64,000 bases of DNA from Camelus ferus (taxonomy: Eukaryota): the NCBI RefSeq assembly GCF_009834535.1, contig NC_045697.1, positions 17,362,001-17,426,000 of the forward strand. Direction: 5' to 3'. Under the pieces are notes generated by a model that saw only the letters and a program-made list of their open reading frames with translations, had not been told where the DNA came from and ran no database searches. Of the stretch, positions 1 to 13,850 are shown one piece after another (the first letter of the stretch is position 1; every line of letters starts with the position of its first letter). The position numbers were made by a program, and so were the translations under genes.

Positions 1-2534
1 ACATGATTTCACACAAATGCGAAGCAGAACTAGTCACTTAAATATATCTTAACAAAACAAAATTTAAAACAAACATTCAACCTGCAAAACAAAACTAAGA
101 AACCATTTTAAGTTGCTTTTATCATATTACATCACTAAAATGTTGTATTTCTTTAAAGCCTTAATAACTCCCCACTTAAACTAACACAGACTTCTGGTTC
201 GAAAGGGAACGGGTTCACAATCGCTTTCCCCAGCCCCATCCAATTCAATAAAATGATGGTAAAGAATCACAAAAAGGAATGTATTTGTGGAATAAGGAGC
301 AGTATTAGCACAATAGAAATGCTGATTAATACATATGGAAGAGAAAAGGCAAATAGCATTAGCTGTATCAATGAACCAAAGAGAGGAAAACCAGGCTTAG
401 GAATAGCTCAAGAGAAGACAGCTAATATAGAATCCAGGCACTGAGATGAAGGGTGGTTTGCCAAATGGTTGTTATGGGTCAGCCATCTCCAGTCCATTCC
501 ATTCTGGCTGCTACTGTCACTAACGAGAAACAATTATCCTATGTTTGGCACCTGGACAAAACAAAGTCGGCCTGCAAACGCTGAAGTCACAGGTCATTCA
601 GTTAAATACAAATCCATGGTTTTATTTACAGAATTAAGAGCAGCATAAAAATCTGAAGTCATCATTTATGACTTCACTATCTTGGCTCTGTTTTTTACGA
701 ATTAGTCTAATCTAATCTTTCATGGACCAACTTGATATTTTTAGCTAATGCCATCTGTTGGAGCACTAAGTTCAGCAAAATGACAGTGTACACGCCAAGT
801 GAAGCCTTCTCTTTCACCTGAACTTAATTGTAAATTAAGATTTGGCAAACAAATCCGTCTTTATGTATTTGTGCTTCTATCTTCTTTGGTCCTATTTCAA
901 AAAGGAAACTACCACATTCCTGGAATTGACATACCATTACCTGCAAAATTATTTTTTATATTAAGACCATGAAAGAAAAAACAAAGCCAATTAAACTATG
1001 ACTCAATGTCTTAATCACAGTGCGCCGCAATGCATGAACCAGCTACGTTATAGCCTCTAGATGCTCTGAAATCTCTTTGATCTATTTAAGAACACTTGGT
1101 GATTTCTCCTGCCTTCATATGCTATTACTGACACGAGTTAGGGAGTCCTTCTGCACATTATCTCAGTAACCAAACACTAGAACAGTTTCATCTACTTGTG
1201 GATAATTTCCTTAGATTTAACAAAGCTCTTGCCTGTTGCTTTGCAAAGCAAAAAAACTGAATTGGGCACTCTTTGTGAACAAGTATCTGCTTAAATACCA
1301 TCAAACTTACATTCTGCTGCTCAGTTTCCTAGCCTGCTCATTTCAACATGGAATCCTAGTATTTTTGTTAGCAAATAAACTCAACACAAAGAATTCCAAC
1401 AATACATATCACTTATTTGAAGCAACATATACAGCTAGATTAAGTTCAAGCATTCACAGGCAATGACAACCACCTAACTTCTGTTTGTAAGACCCTCACA
1501 GATTGTAAAACGCATTTAATTTCACATATTAAAAGTGTGATTAAAAATTCACTGAAGTATCAAAACTTTCACTTGAAAAATCCTTTTTAAAAAACTCTAT
1601 TTTGATCTTTTCTCATATTCAAGCTTCAGGATCACCGTAACATATGGAGGCATTCAAAAGCAGAGCTGACCCAAATACTCATTCTTTCATATTTTTCAGG
1701 AAGAGGGGAATGGTTACAAATGGCAGTTTATAAATACTATAAATTAGACTAATGGCACCACTGTATTCTTTTATTAACAACTTACTAAGTTAAAACGATC
1801 AACTGAACCCAAACCCTGATTCTGAGATTCTAGAGACAGACTTCTGTTAGTTCCTCAATATTAATTAGATCCAATGATCCAATTCTAAGAGATGCTACAG
1901 TTAAGCATCTCCTGCATCACCAGCTAATATACGAAGCATGCTGTTTGTATAAACAGAGCTTCAGGAAAAATTTTTAAAGTTGGAAGGTCTCTAAAAGACA
2001 CCATCAAATTTGCTGCTTTTCCCAGGGAAAAAACTGAGTAATAGCAGTTAACTTTGCCAGGTCTCAAAACTAGTTAAACAGCTTAGTCAGTGTAAAGATT
2101 CCCAATCCTAGGCCCTACTACACTAGCACACTCTCCTCAAAGTCCCAGATAAATAAGCAAAAGCGAAAAGCTACCTCATGATTTGCTATATACTGCTAGA
2201 TGTATGAAACCCTTTGCTACTTAAAAAAAAAAGTAACCTAATACAGAGTACAGAAAAGGAGAACCAGGTACTGGTGGTCCTATAAAAATCATAACCACTT
2301 TTTTTTTTTACCTAGGTCAAATTTTACTACCTTTCATTGTAGCAATCAAATATTTACCCAGACTAAGGATGAGTCACAAAAATAGTGTTACAATAGTAAA
2401 TTGTAATCACATAATTTTGAAGTTTCAGTAATGAACTAGTAAACTAAAATTGCTTGGGATAATCAAACTACATTTTACTGAATGCCTTATTATCCAGCAT
2501 TTTTCTAACTGCTGTGGGACAATGACTTGCTTAA

Positions 2535-2708
2535 AAAATTGTCAGCAAAAGTCACCAGCATCACTTGGGAACTGGTTAAAATACATAACTTGGGCCTCAC
2601 CCCAGACCTACTTAATCAAAAACTTTGAAGGTGAAATATAGCAATCTATGTTGTAACAAGCTTTCATACAATTTTGATGTTTCCTAACTTGGGGAAACCA
2701 CTAGTCTA
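2535..2708. mobile_element. MER5A-like hAT-Charlie MITE
   Basis: CAGCATCACTTGGGAACTGGTT...GGGCCTCACCCCAGACCTACT...GAAACCACTAGTCTA resembles the MER5A consensus. Confidence 0.65.
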
Positions 2709-3369
2709 AATTAATCAAGTTAAACAAGTGGCAGATTAAGCAAAGTAGATAGCTAGAGCAGCAAAAACATCCTTGGAGCGAGTCAGAACCAGTTCCTATT
2801 TCCAACCAGGACTGCTTAATAAAATAAAACAAGCCAAAAAACCCTGTGTGCTAAATAAGCAGCATCAACTTAAGTATTTTTTGCAATGGGCTCACACAGA
2901 TGGCACAGTACAACTACAAGCCAACCGCCAACCCTGATCCCAGCCAATGTCACTAATTCTGATAAAAACAAAGCATGGTAAAACATTCTGTATTGCTAAT
3001 GTATTATTTGTTTATAGTTTTGTGTTCAAATGTATTTATCATTTTGGAAACACTTCAAGTAGCCTGGTTCAAAGAAAAGTCATAAAGGGAAAGATTCACA
3101 GAAAGGTGACAAATGCTTTACAAAATGAATACCAGAAATTTAAAACTCTTTAATAATAAACTACATATTATTCATAACTATAATGAATGTCAATGAATAA
3201 TTCTCAAGTTATAACTGATAACAAACTTGTCTATGTGGGTAAGCAATCCTCAGTAACTTCGTCTTACTTGCCACAGGGGTGTGTGTGTGTGTGTCTGTGT
3301 CTGTGTGTGTGTGTGTAACACAAATTTCCTCAATCCCGACCTCAAACCTTAAACGCCCCGCCCCAATTC

Positions 3370-4310
3370 CAGGTTGATCAAAGATGTTTAAAACAAAATA
3401 TAGAATATATGGATTATTTAAAACAACCTTGGCCAGGGTGTGATGTAACATCCAATGTTGAAAATAAAAAGTAAGCAGTTAATCAATTATCTGTATAAAG
3501 TTCAAGCTTCTATATGGCAAGAAGTGTCATAAATAAGGCAAAGAAACAAGTGGTAAACTAGGCCAAAAACTGCAACTCATATCCAGAATTCCAGTTGTTA
3601 AAAACTCATACAAACCAGTAAGAAAAAGGCCAACCAACCACAGAAAGATGAGTAAAGAATATAAAGTTATCAAATTTCATCAATCCTGTAATACTGTATA
3701 TTTTTCAAATTTACTTTCTCTGTGACTGGCATGCATTTTAAAATAGTACCTTGCTACAAACGACTGTCAATCAGGTAGCAACACTTTTAGAAAGATGAGA
3801 AAAGCACAAGTCTCAGATTCCAAAAAAATACAAAAGGCTCACAAATACATGTAAAGATGTTCAGTTTCATACAAAAGAAATGTAAATTAAGGCCATAATG
3901 AGAATTCATTTTTCACTTACAATACTGACAAAGACAAAAAAGTTCCACAACAAAGTGTTGGCAAAGGTATGGAAACAGACGCTCATTTGCTCATCCCTTA
4001 CTGATCTGAGGAGATAGAATCTCCGTGGAGGGCAATCTGGCAACAACTAATAAAATTCAAAAACATCCTTTGACTCAACCAGTTTCATTTTTAGGAAACT
4101 CATTTCAGATATACACACCTGCGTATGTGTGAAAAAAATGTGTGTACAAAATTGTAAGACAGTACTAAGGGCAGCAACTGATTTTAATAACAAAAAATAA
4201 AAATTTGAGTGTCCATCAAAAGAATTAAACTACATAGCCATTAAAAAGAATGAGGCAACTTTATATTTACTGATCTAAGACAATCCCCAAGATACAATAT
4301 ATGTGAAGTC
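3370..4310 (+). mobile_element. Old L1 (L1M/L1ME-type) ORF2 3' fragments
   Basis: Degenerate L1 3' motifs (AAATACATGTAAAGATGTTCAG, GAGGGCAATCTGGCAA, TGTCCATCAA, ATAGCCATTAAAAAGAATGAGG). Confidence 0.6.
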
Positions 4311-5660
4311 AGTGGCCATACATTTGAACCAGTCCTGCTATAAACACAGGTTAATCTGTTCTGAAAATCCTAGCTATGTAGTGCTATTCCAAATCTGCTA
4401 GGATTTGGTTACCTTTCAAAGTATAGGCTTTATTCTGGCATGACTAAATAAGCACATAAATCACAACTATGTTTCTAAAGGATCCAAAACTTGTCTCAGC
4501 ATAACTCAAAGAAATTCTTGGTATCTGCTTCAAAGAGTTATCTATTCTAAATGACAGGCATTGTTAATTCTGAGTAATTAGATTTACTGCTTTATAAATA
4601 CTTACACAAAGACAATTACACGGAGAGATGAGGAATGAGGATGGAGAGGAAAAACACATACAGTGGTTTGAGAACACATCCTTTGTTGTAAGACAAACCT
4701 TGGTCAAATCCTTGCTTTCTTATTTGTGTCAGACCTTCACCGGAATCTAGAAGTTCAACTTCTCTAAAGCTCCATTTAAAAACAGGAGAATAAAGTGGCT
4801 ACTGTTTAAAGTAATGTATATAAAACACTTGTACGCCAACTGTCTAGCAACTGGTTAAGTATTCAATACAGAAGAACTCTACGCTACATGTTCACTAACG
4901 AATGACTCCTTGGGATAACCAACTTTACACTACAAAACATATGTAGTACAGCCATACTGCTATCCCTACCAGTTGGGTAAACATGATCATATTGACATGA
5001 AATGATACCCTTTTAGAACAGAAAAGAGGTGTATATACGTGTCCTAAGTTGTACGCTTCAGAAAAGCTTGAAAAGATGAACCACACACACACACACACAT
5101 ACAAATATTAAGTATGATAACTATAAAAGTGAAAGGGGTCTGGAATTCCAGAATTCCAAAAGACTGAACTCTCATAAATTCCAGAAAATTAACACCTGTG
5201 TATTTTGTGAGTGTTTGAAGTTTAAATCCCACCTTAAGAACTGGACATTTTATTGAGTAATGGAACTCTAAACAAAGGGCCCATATTCAAGGAAATGGTG
5301 TTGGTCCTACATTAACAGATTGATAAATGAATGTTTAAGGTTTGTATAAATTTTCTATTTACCACTAAATTTTTAGATCAACCCACTACAATCCAGTCAA
5401 GTGGCATATGTGTCTCTATTAAAAGCAAGCTACCCACATTAAAATGCTTACACAACAGGTTTATGTGTGGTTAATTTCTTTAAAGTTATAATGGATCAAG
5501 ACTTCTCAGAGACTATGATCAAAAGTATTTACGCACTTCCATTTTTCCTACCACATAACCTACTTTTGTTTAAAGCCCCTATCAATAGAATACTTTTTAA
5601 ATGACAATAGTAAGGAACAGAAGAAAAGCTAAAAATAGCTTGCACTTATCACGAAGGAAC

Positions 5661-5768
5661 GAAAGAAAGAAAAGAAAGAAAAAAGGAAAGAAAGAAAGGA
5701 AGGAAAGAAAAAAGAAAAAGAAAAGAAAAGAAAAAGAAAGAAAGGAAAGGAAAGAAAAGAAAGAAAAA
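5661..5768 (+). repeat. 108-nt pure purine (GAAA/GAAAA/GGAA) low-complexity tract
   Basis: Read directly. It explains the K/R/E-rich ORF 5601..5801. Confidence 0.95.
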
Positions 5769-8700
5769 TTAAAACATAAGAAGTCAGCAGTGAACTACTA
5801 AATAAACAGAATTTTGAGTTATTTCTTTAGGCCTAGGGTGCCAGGAAAAAACTCCTGACATTATAAACTAAAGCAGCAAGGGAACTTTCTACTTTACTTA
5901 AAATCTAGCTTATCTACCTAGTTAATCTGCCTATCTAAGCCTCTTCATCCTTCTCAGCTCAGATCAAATACCCCCTTCTCCTGTGAAATATCTACACAAT
6001 TCATGTGACACTCAAACTACCTTCTTAATTGCTTCACAGCTTACCTCCCCAACCAAATCAGAAAAGAGCCAATGACACTAGCACAGTTCCTTTATAATAC
6101 ATAATGCTCCTTTCACCAATAAAGTGATAAAAATTTATATAGGCTCAAATTCAATTTGACATATTCTCAGCAAAAGCACAGTATGAGCAACACTAATCCT
6201 ACTATAATCACAACAGCACTAGACATAGCATGGTATTGCTTACAGTAAGAACCAACCACTAGTAGATGGAGTCACACAGAAAGGTACCATATAGTGTTTT
6301 GAATGTGGAATCTACAATGCTTTAATACAATTCTCATACCAAAAAAAAAGACAAAGAAGGCAAACAGAAAACATCAAAACCCATCTATCAAGTATATAGT
6401 CTCATAATTATTAACTGAAATGCTAAAAACTAGCAGCCAAAGCATAGATTTATTTTGGCAAATAACCAAAATACATTCAGTATGTGTCTCAGAGATCTAA
6501 TCAAGCAAAATAAATGACTAAGAAATTAACTATAGAAAAATAAGGAAACTAAATCATTTTTTCAAAATACACTATTCCTCAAATTTTCATAACTTTTGAA
6601 GAAAATGCTCTCCCATCCTCAACAGAATTTACAGAAAGCTAGGATGAATGTGTAGGTTCTACTTAGTATTTTTAAAGATGTTGGCACTATAAACAAAGAG
6701 AGCCTTCTCTAACTAATCCCTTGCAAGTGCTTAAGTATAAACACAAAGGTCAAATGTAACACTATATACAGGTCTTTAGGAAATCAAGTTATCTTTCTAT
6801 GAATTGAATTAATAAAAGCCAGCAGAATTTGAATTCTAAGGTAACAGTGATTTTTCAGTCTCAATGACAGGAACTGCTTAAGTGGTAAATAACCACATTT
6901 ATTCTTCATTCCCACCCCTTCCTAAAGATCCAGTAACTACCTTTCTCTAAGTTCAGTACTACATTTGAATTAGAACAAAGCCTACCATATAGCAGATATT
7001 CAGTAAATTAGTTTATAATTGATGTTTGATTAATGATTATAATTAATGATTTTTAATAACCATACCAGTTTCCACATCTTCTCTCCAAGCCCTAAAAGAA
7101 TATTTGTATTCATTCATTCATTCCATACTGACAAGTAACATCAAGGTTTAATTCAAGCTAAAACCCCCAAATTGTAACTCAATTGTTGTATTAAAAGGAA
7201 CTTTATTAAATTGGTTTTATGAAGTTCATTTTTAATTAACCAGGTAAACTGGTTAATAAGAGCCAGTAATTTCTCAAACTGGAAATCTATCACCATTATC
7301 AGCGGCAGCCAAGAGTAGAAATGTTGATTTTGCACTTGCTGGGTAACAGGAATTACTCCAACGGCTACACACAAATTACACATCTAATCTCAGAACAACC
7401 CGAAGATGTAGTTGTTATTATCAGCTCCATCTTCTGAAAAAGCAGTAAGCTTAGGGAAGCTAATTAACACAGTCAAGATCACAGCAATAAGAGACAGAGC
7501 TAGGACACAACTCAGGTACTTTGATCCCTACTAGAGTCTGTGCTCTACAGTATATTTCCTTTTGATTCTCTTCTCAAGTCATCTTTTTAAAACAGACTTG
7601 CCTTGTTGGAAACACACTCTGGAATCTCTAAGTAGTCCTTATGAAGGTGGTGACCACTGTTTCCAGCGGTCCCAAAGAATCTGCAATGCCTGGTAAATCC
7701 TCCCCAGTTGTCAACCTTAGAGGTTCTTTATCAACCAGCTCCTTATTTGTAGCAGTGTCTGAAATGGACTCTTAAATTTGTTAAATATTTTTGGATTCTC
7801 TTTCATCTTTTTGCCTAGACTGCCTTTTGGAGATCAAGAAATTCCACAAGTTTCTGATCTATGTTGTGTGGAATAGCACTTCTTTGCCTACTTTTGTACA
7901 AAACTTCTCTCCCTGAAGTTTTACAAAGGGCTTATCACACCTTAAAATCCAAGACTGTTCATTTCTCCCTGTCACTCAATTAGATTTCAACTATGTCCTA
8001 TCTTTTAACTTTTCTTGATTTTCTAGCAGCTTGTCCTCAAGTTAAATAAAAGATAAACATCTCAGGATGGCACAGTCTTATAGAACTAAAAGCCATGTGT
8101 TCTCCAAGAAAGAGCTACAACACTTTCTGCTTCATAAACATTATCCCAGGTTGAGTCCTTAGCCTTGTGATAGATTGCAAAATTAAAATGAGTCTGATAC
8201 CCAAAAGCAAAAGATTCAGAATAAAAGGCAAATTATGCAGACCAAATCAATCTCTCACTATGTCCTCTCCACAGACAAGTTTATAAACAAATGAGGGAAA
8301 ATGTCTTTCCATGAAAATTCTGCCCTTTTCGTAATTATGTTGAAGATTCACCCAGTCTGCACTGTAGTAACAAATTTTTACTCCCCTGCTGTCCCTTCTA
8401 TGTTCCCACATTTTTTTAAGAAAAGGATTCAGGCACAAGGCAAGTACACAGATACAGACACAAACTCTCTTCCCAAAGGGTTTATGTTCCAATTAGGCAA
8501 GAAAAAAAGAAACCAAACTTTGACATCTCAAAAATGACCTAGCATGGATATGCTGACTTACACAAATCAGTTGGATACCTTAAATACCACAGACTACAGA
8601 GCCTTCAAGTAAAAGGCATGACTTTTTCCCTCCCTAAGAAAAAGTTTTTAAAAATGATGTTCCATCTGCCTAGAAAGCTCTGCTTCCCTGTACCTCAATC

Positions 8701-11700
8701 CCTTTTCCTGGCAAACCATTACTTTCAATTCAGTCCTTGACTTAAATTCTGCCTTCTCTTTTCTAGTGTAAATTCTCAAATCATACTTTCATATACACTC
8801 CAAAATTCTCTTTCAGAGCCTAATCATAGTTTGAAACCTTATATATACTTTTGTATTTGCTTTATAGGGACAGGGACCAGATTTACTTTCACTACTATAT
8901 CTAGCACTGCCCGACACAAAGAAGGTACTCAATTCTGACTGAACAAATGACTAAGTGTTACTTGTGTAAATTACTGGATTCCTCAGTATCAAAATCTCAG
9001 TAATTCTACAGTTTGAAGGAAAGAACAAAAAAGGAAATATATCACCTAAAATAACACTGATATCAGCTACCAAGTTAATAACTTAAATATTATGTTTTCC
9101 AAAGGTTCAAGACTATCAGTTTTATTCCTTTAAGTTATCAGTTCTCTCCCCCAAAAATGAATGGCTTTCTTAAAATGTATTACAATTCCAGCTATAAAGT
9201 GCCCCTTAAAATCCTCAGCAAAAGTATGTCAACTTCTTCCTCCTGACATTAAAATGAATTAAGGTATTTTTCACTGACTAATCACAAATTTTTTTCACTG
9301 ACAGTTCCACTGTTCTTTTAGCTACCTCATGAGCTTTTCCCCCAATCATTTTCATTCAAAGATGGCCAAAGGAACATAAATATATTTCAAAAGGAATACT
9401 TAAGAAAAAAAAGATGGGAGCAGGCAAACACACAACAATGAAATATAAAAACCATTTAGCAATGGTGGTTTTGAAAAGTAACCTGTCTCCTGGCACTTAA
9501 TAGCTATTTAAGGCCAGTCTAACATAGTATGCACTCATTTATACCAGACCCATTCCTCAAAAACAGCACAATATTAGACCGAGAACCCAGATGTATGTGT
9601 CTTAAACACTGAAGAAACTATCTTTGGACCATTAATCTGTATAAAGATGACTTAAAGATACAATCATCAGGCTAAAGCACTCTCAAACAAACATTTAATT
9701 AGTAAACAAGTATTTGTTTGGTATAAACAATGAATCAGGAAGGACATGGCTTAAATTCTCCACTCCTCAGAGAGAATCTTCGTAAGTTAGTCCTCTTTAT
9801 CACCCTTCTATGGTGAAAACTAAAGGATTCTTCTGGCTACACAGTACATACCTAGGCACTTTATATATGCAAAGAGTTAATGGAGGGTACTGATAGTTGT
9901 CTGACACGTTCACTCTTTCTACTCAATTAACTATGTAACTGACCATTATTAAGTTAAAGCTTTAGCTGCTTTTAACATCTGGGTTCTCAAGAAATGAGTT
10001 GATAGATGACTATACAAAATATACCTAGGGATTCATAAAATAGCGCATTTAATAAAGCATTCCAATTGGGCAAAACTACAACTAACTGTACTAACAGGAT
10101 TTAAATCACTTAAAGACAATACTAGGTTAGCTTCTAAATCTTCAAAGATTCTAGAAGAAATCTCAATAAATTTACCTTGCCAAGAATTAGGGTTTTTTTT
10201 AAGTTTAATTATAGTCTCCAGAAACCATTCCATAAGAAAACATCACAATGCCAAAAAGATACTTTCATTTTGAGCTATCAGAAATACGTTACTTGTCACT
10301 TCCTATTAACCGAACCGGTATCTTTTACAAGCATACATCTTTTGAAAGCCTACCACTTCCAACTACAAACATACACACATTCTGCCCCAACACTGCATGG
10401 AACTTTCTCATCTCCCAATTTTCAAATTATGTTCTCCCTGTTCAACTACAGCTTACTTAAAAAAACAAAACAAAACAAAACAAAAAACTGGTGAATCAAA
10501 TGTCAGAATATTACTGCTCCCAAAGGTGAGTAAAGTCTGCCTATTATTATTCAATTCCTTGACATTACCCGCATCTTAAAGCAATATAAAATCATAAGAT
10601 TTTTATGTAATGCTTTTATCATTTACACTTAATTATAACTGATCAATAACATGATTACCACTAAATTAAAAAATTTTATTCAATAAAGATTAAGATTTAA
10701 GCCCAAAACGTGCCTCCAAGTCATAAAGACAACCTGACTGAAGTAAATACTTAAGTTCAATTGCTATTAAAAATGAAACAATCTGAAGTTTTAATAAAAA
10801 AAAAATGTAAGAAAGAAACTGGAAGAAATTGACATGAGACCTGAAGGGTAACAATGTTTTGATTACAGAAAAAATTTAAGTTGTGATATCACATTTTTAT
10901 TTCAAGGAACCTTATTTTTGAGAGATATACTGAAATATTTACAAGGTATACAATGTCTAGGATTCGCCTTAAACTATACAGAATAGGGAAAAGGTTGAGA
11001 TATGGATAAAATAAGACTGGTCACATCTGAAGATGCAAGACAAATAAATGAGTTCACTATAGTACCATTCTACTTTTACATAAATTTGAAATTTTCTGTA
11101 AAATATAGTTTCCCCCATAACTCTGTATGTATGCCATTAAAAGACTCATGTCTTTTAGAAGATAATTTTATTCCCAATTGTCTTTTAAAAACAACCTCAG
11201 GGAGAAGACTGTATCATGACACAGGAATCATTTTTTAAAAATGATTTAAATGTCATACACATACAGAATAAACAGAAGCAATAAAAGGGGGAGATTTTCA
11301 AAAGAATTACCATCAGGCAACAAATATTATTATTTATGGATTATGGATTATGAAAGGATTATGAAAGGATTAAGATGAAGATAAAAAAAACTAGAGAAGT
11401 TAAAGAAAATGTTAGGAAGAAGTTCAGTACGGTTGTCAGTCATGTGCACCACAGCACAACAAAGAGGAATGAGGATTCTGAGGCTCCCAAGACTGTATCA
11501 CAAAGTAAGAGTCCTCCTTTTAGCTCATAACAGGCATGGTGATAGCTTATAATTATCATTAAAAACCCTCTCCCCCAAATAAATCATCCCTTCCCTAAAA
11601 TCATTCTTTCTGCAAGTAACTATCCTTTACTAAGATATATCACTTTATTTCTCTATCATATTTAAATGAAATATTTCACCTAAGATATAACACCAAGTAA

Positions 11701-11921
11701 CTAAAATCTGACCTTTGAACTTCAGTGTCTACTGAGTAAGCTATATATACTACTACCAAGAAAAAGAATCCATATTAAAAAGTCATCTAGTAAATCGAAA
11801 GTCTACTATGAACTATTCTAAATTTGGATGACTTGAGACTCCACTAGGAAAGTCCCCTATCGAAATGCAGAAAACTAAAAGCAGAGGGGAAAAAAGTGTC
11901 CATTTTTAAAGATAGTACTTA

Positions 11922-12116
<195 letters not shown>

Positions 12117-13485
12117 CTATCAAATAATTTCACATTTAAATTAATTCTACTCTGCCTGCATATGAGGTACATATTTAACATGAAGTGCTTTATCTCATTC
12201 TATTAATTTAAAATAAAAATTCAATTAGGCACACCACAAATTATTATTTATGACTCAAACTCATAATAGTATGAACTCTTCAAGCCAAGGAGGGTCATGT
12301 AGAACGTTGATGTGACATAACTGTGCTCCTGAGTAGGTTAGGTCCACTAAGGCTTTGCTGAGTATGCTCCACAGTGTCAGTGTTCCATCACCAAGCATTT
12401 CTCTAAGCACCAAGGGAAACAAACTCAACTTAGGAAAATTCTACTCTAAAACAAATGTTAGTTTCCAAAAACATTCTAAGAAATTGACACTTACATTCCT
12501 ATAAAATTTAAGTTATAAAGTAATGCACATAGAAGTAAAAATCGTATCTGCTTGTAGTTATGAAGCTGTACCTTAATTTTTTGTAAGCCAGCAGAATCTA
12601 ACTCCTATCGTTCTCCCCTCAGAAGTATGCACAATGGCAACACCTTAAGTACAAACTAAAAGTTAATTTTAGTAATTGTCAATCTCAAATTCAATAGGAC
12701 CTAAGGGAAGCAGCAACAGCACTTGCCTGAAGAAGGGCAATGGAGGGTTAAAAAAAAACCAGCAAGCCTAAGAAGCTGGTTGTTGCCATGATGACAGCAC
12801 GCTTCCTGGCTGCTCCATTATCAACAGAAGCTAAAAAATCCTCTAATTTCATGATTCTTCTCTACTCACTTACCTGGAAAAGAACCATGGGAAAAATCTA
12901 AGTGCTCACTACATTAAATGGGAATCTACTGCTACAAGGACATGATGGATCTCCAACAAAGCCTCCACAAGCCTATTAGATTTTAATGCTACAGGAAATG
13001 TGGGAGGGGGGTGATATAGGATTTGTACAGTGATATCTGAAGAATTGGTTGTTGTACTATTACATTTTAGTTAGATTATTTCTGCAATTTTGAGATTAAC
13101 TGTCACTGACAAATATCCAAAAGGGGGAAGGAATGATTATGCTGCTTCTCTAGGAATGTAACTACGCATATCTTTAAAGGATTTAAAATGAACAGAAATA
13201 CTAAAAGAGAAGTCTCCCTGGGTCTGTAAACCAACAGACCAAAGTTTAAGTGGCTTTCCAGCAAAATTTTATATGTATCTTCATTCGGCAAGCCTCTTAT
13301 AAAGGCACAAATGTACCTTATAAGACCCAACAACAAAAAAAGTTCACTGGTCAATTAAAGCTATTTAAAATTAATTCAGAATTCTCAAGGCAAGAATGTT
13401 CAACGATTTTTTAATTCACTTCAGTGAAATGGATAGTTTACTGCCACTTTAAAAAAAAAAAGATATAAACAGTTCTGGCTAATTC

Positions 13486-13850
13486 AGTAGTTTTCCAACT
13501 TTTGATCTCAACCTTTTTATACTCTTAAAATAACCTAGTAGGCCAAACAACTAACATATTTACTATATCAGTAAATTAAATCTGAAAAATTGTTGAAATA
13601 TTTATTAACTCCTTAACAATAAAAATCCATTCTACATTATAAACAACAGTTTCTATGAACATAGAACTACATCTTCAAAAAATTCAGCAAGAATACGCTG
13701 TTTTACGTTTTTGTTTATCTCTAATATCTGGCTTAACAGAATACAGCTGGATTCTCTCAACTGCTCCTATTTTGAATGCACTCCAATATTTGTTTTGTTT
13801 GAAGTATATGAAAAAAAACCCCAGAACATTTGAAAGCGTTTCAGGGACTT
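13486..13850. mobile_element. Charlie1-like hAT DNA transposon fragment
   Basis: CAGTAGTTTTCCAACTTTTG end and TCTGGCTTAACAGAATACAGCTGGATTCTC...TGAAGTATATGAA internal match. Confidence 0.6.

Noticed and set aside
5601..5801. K/R/E-rich 66-aa ORF
   Set aside because: Translation of a GA-rich simple repeat.
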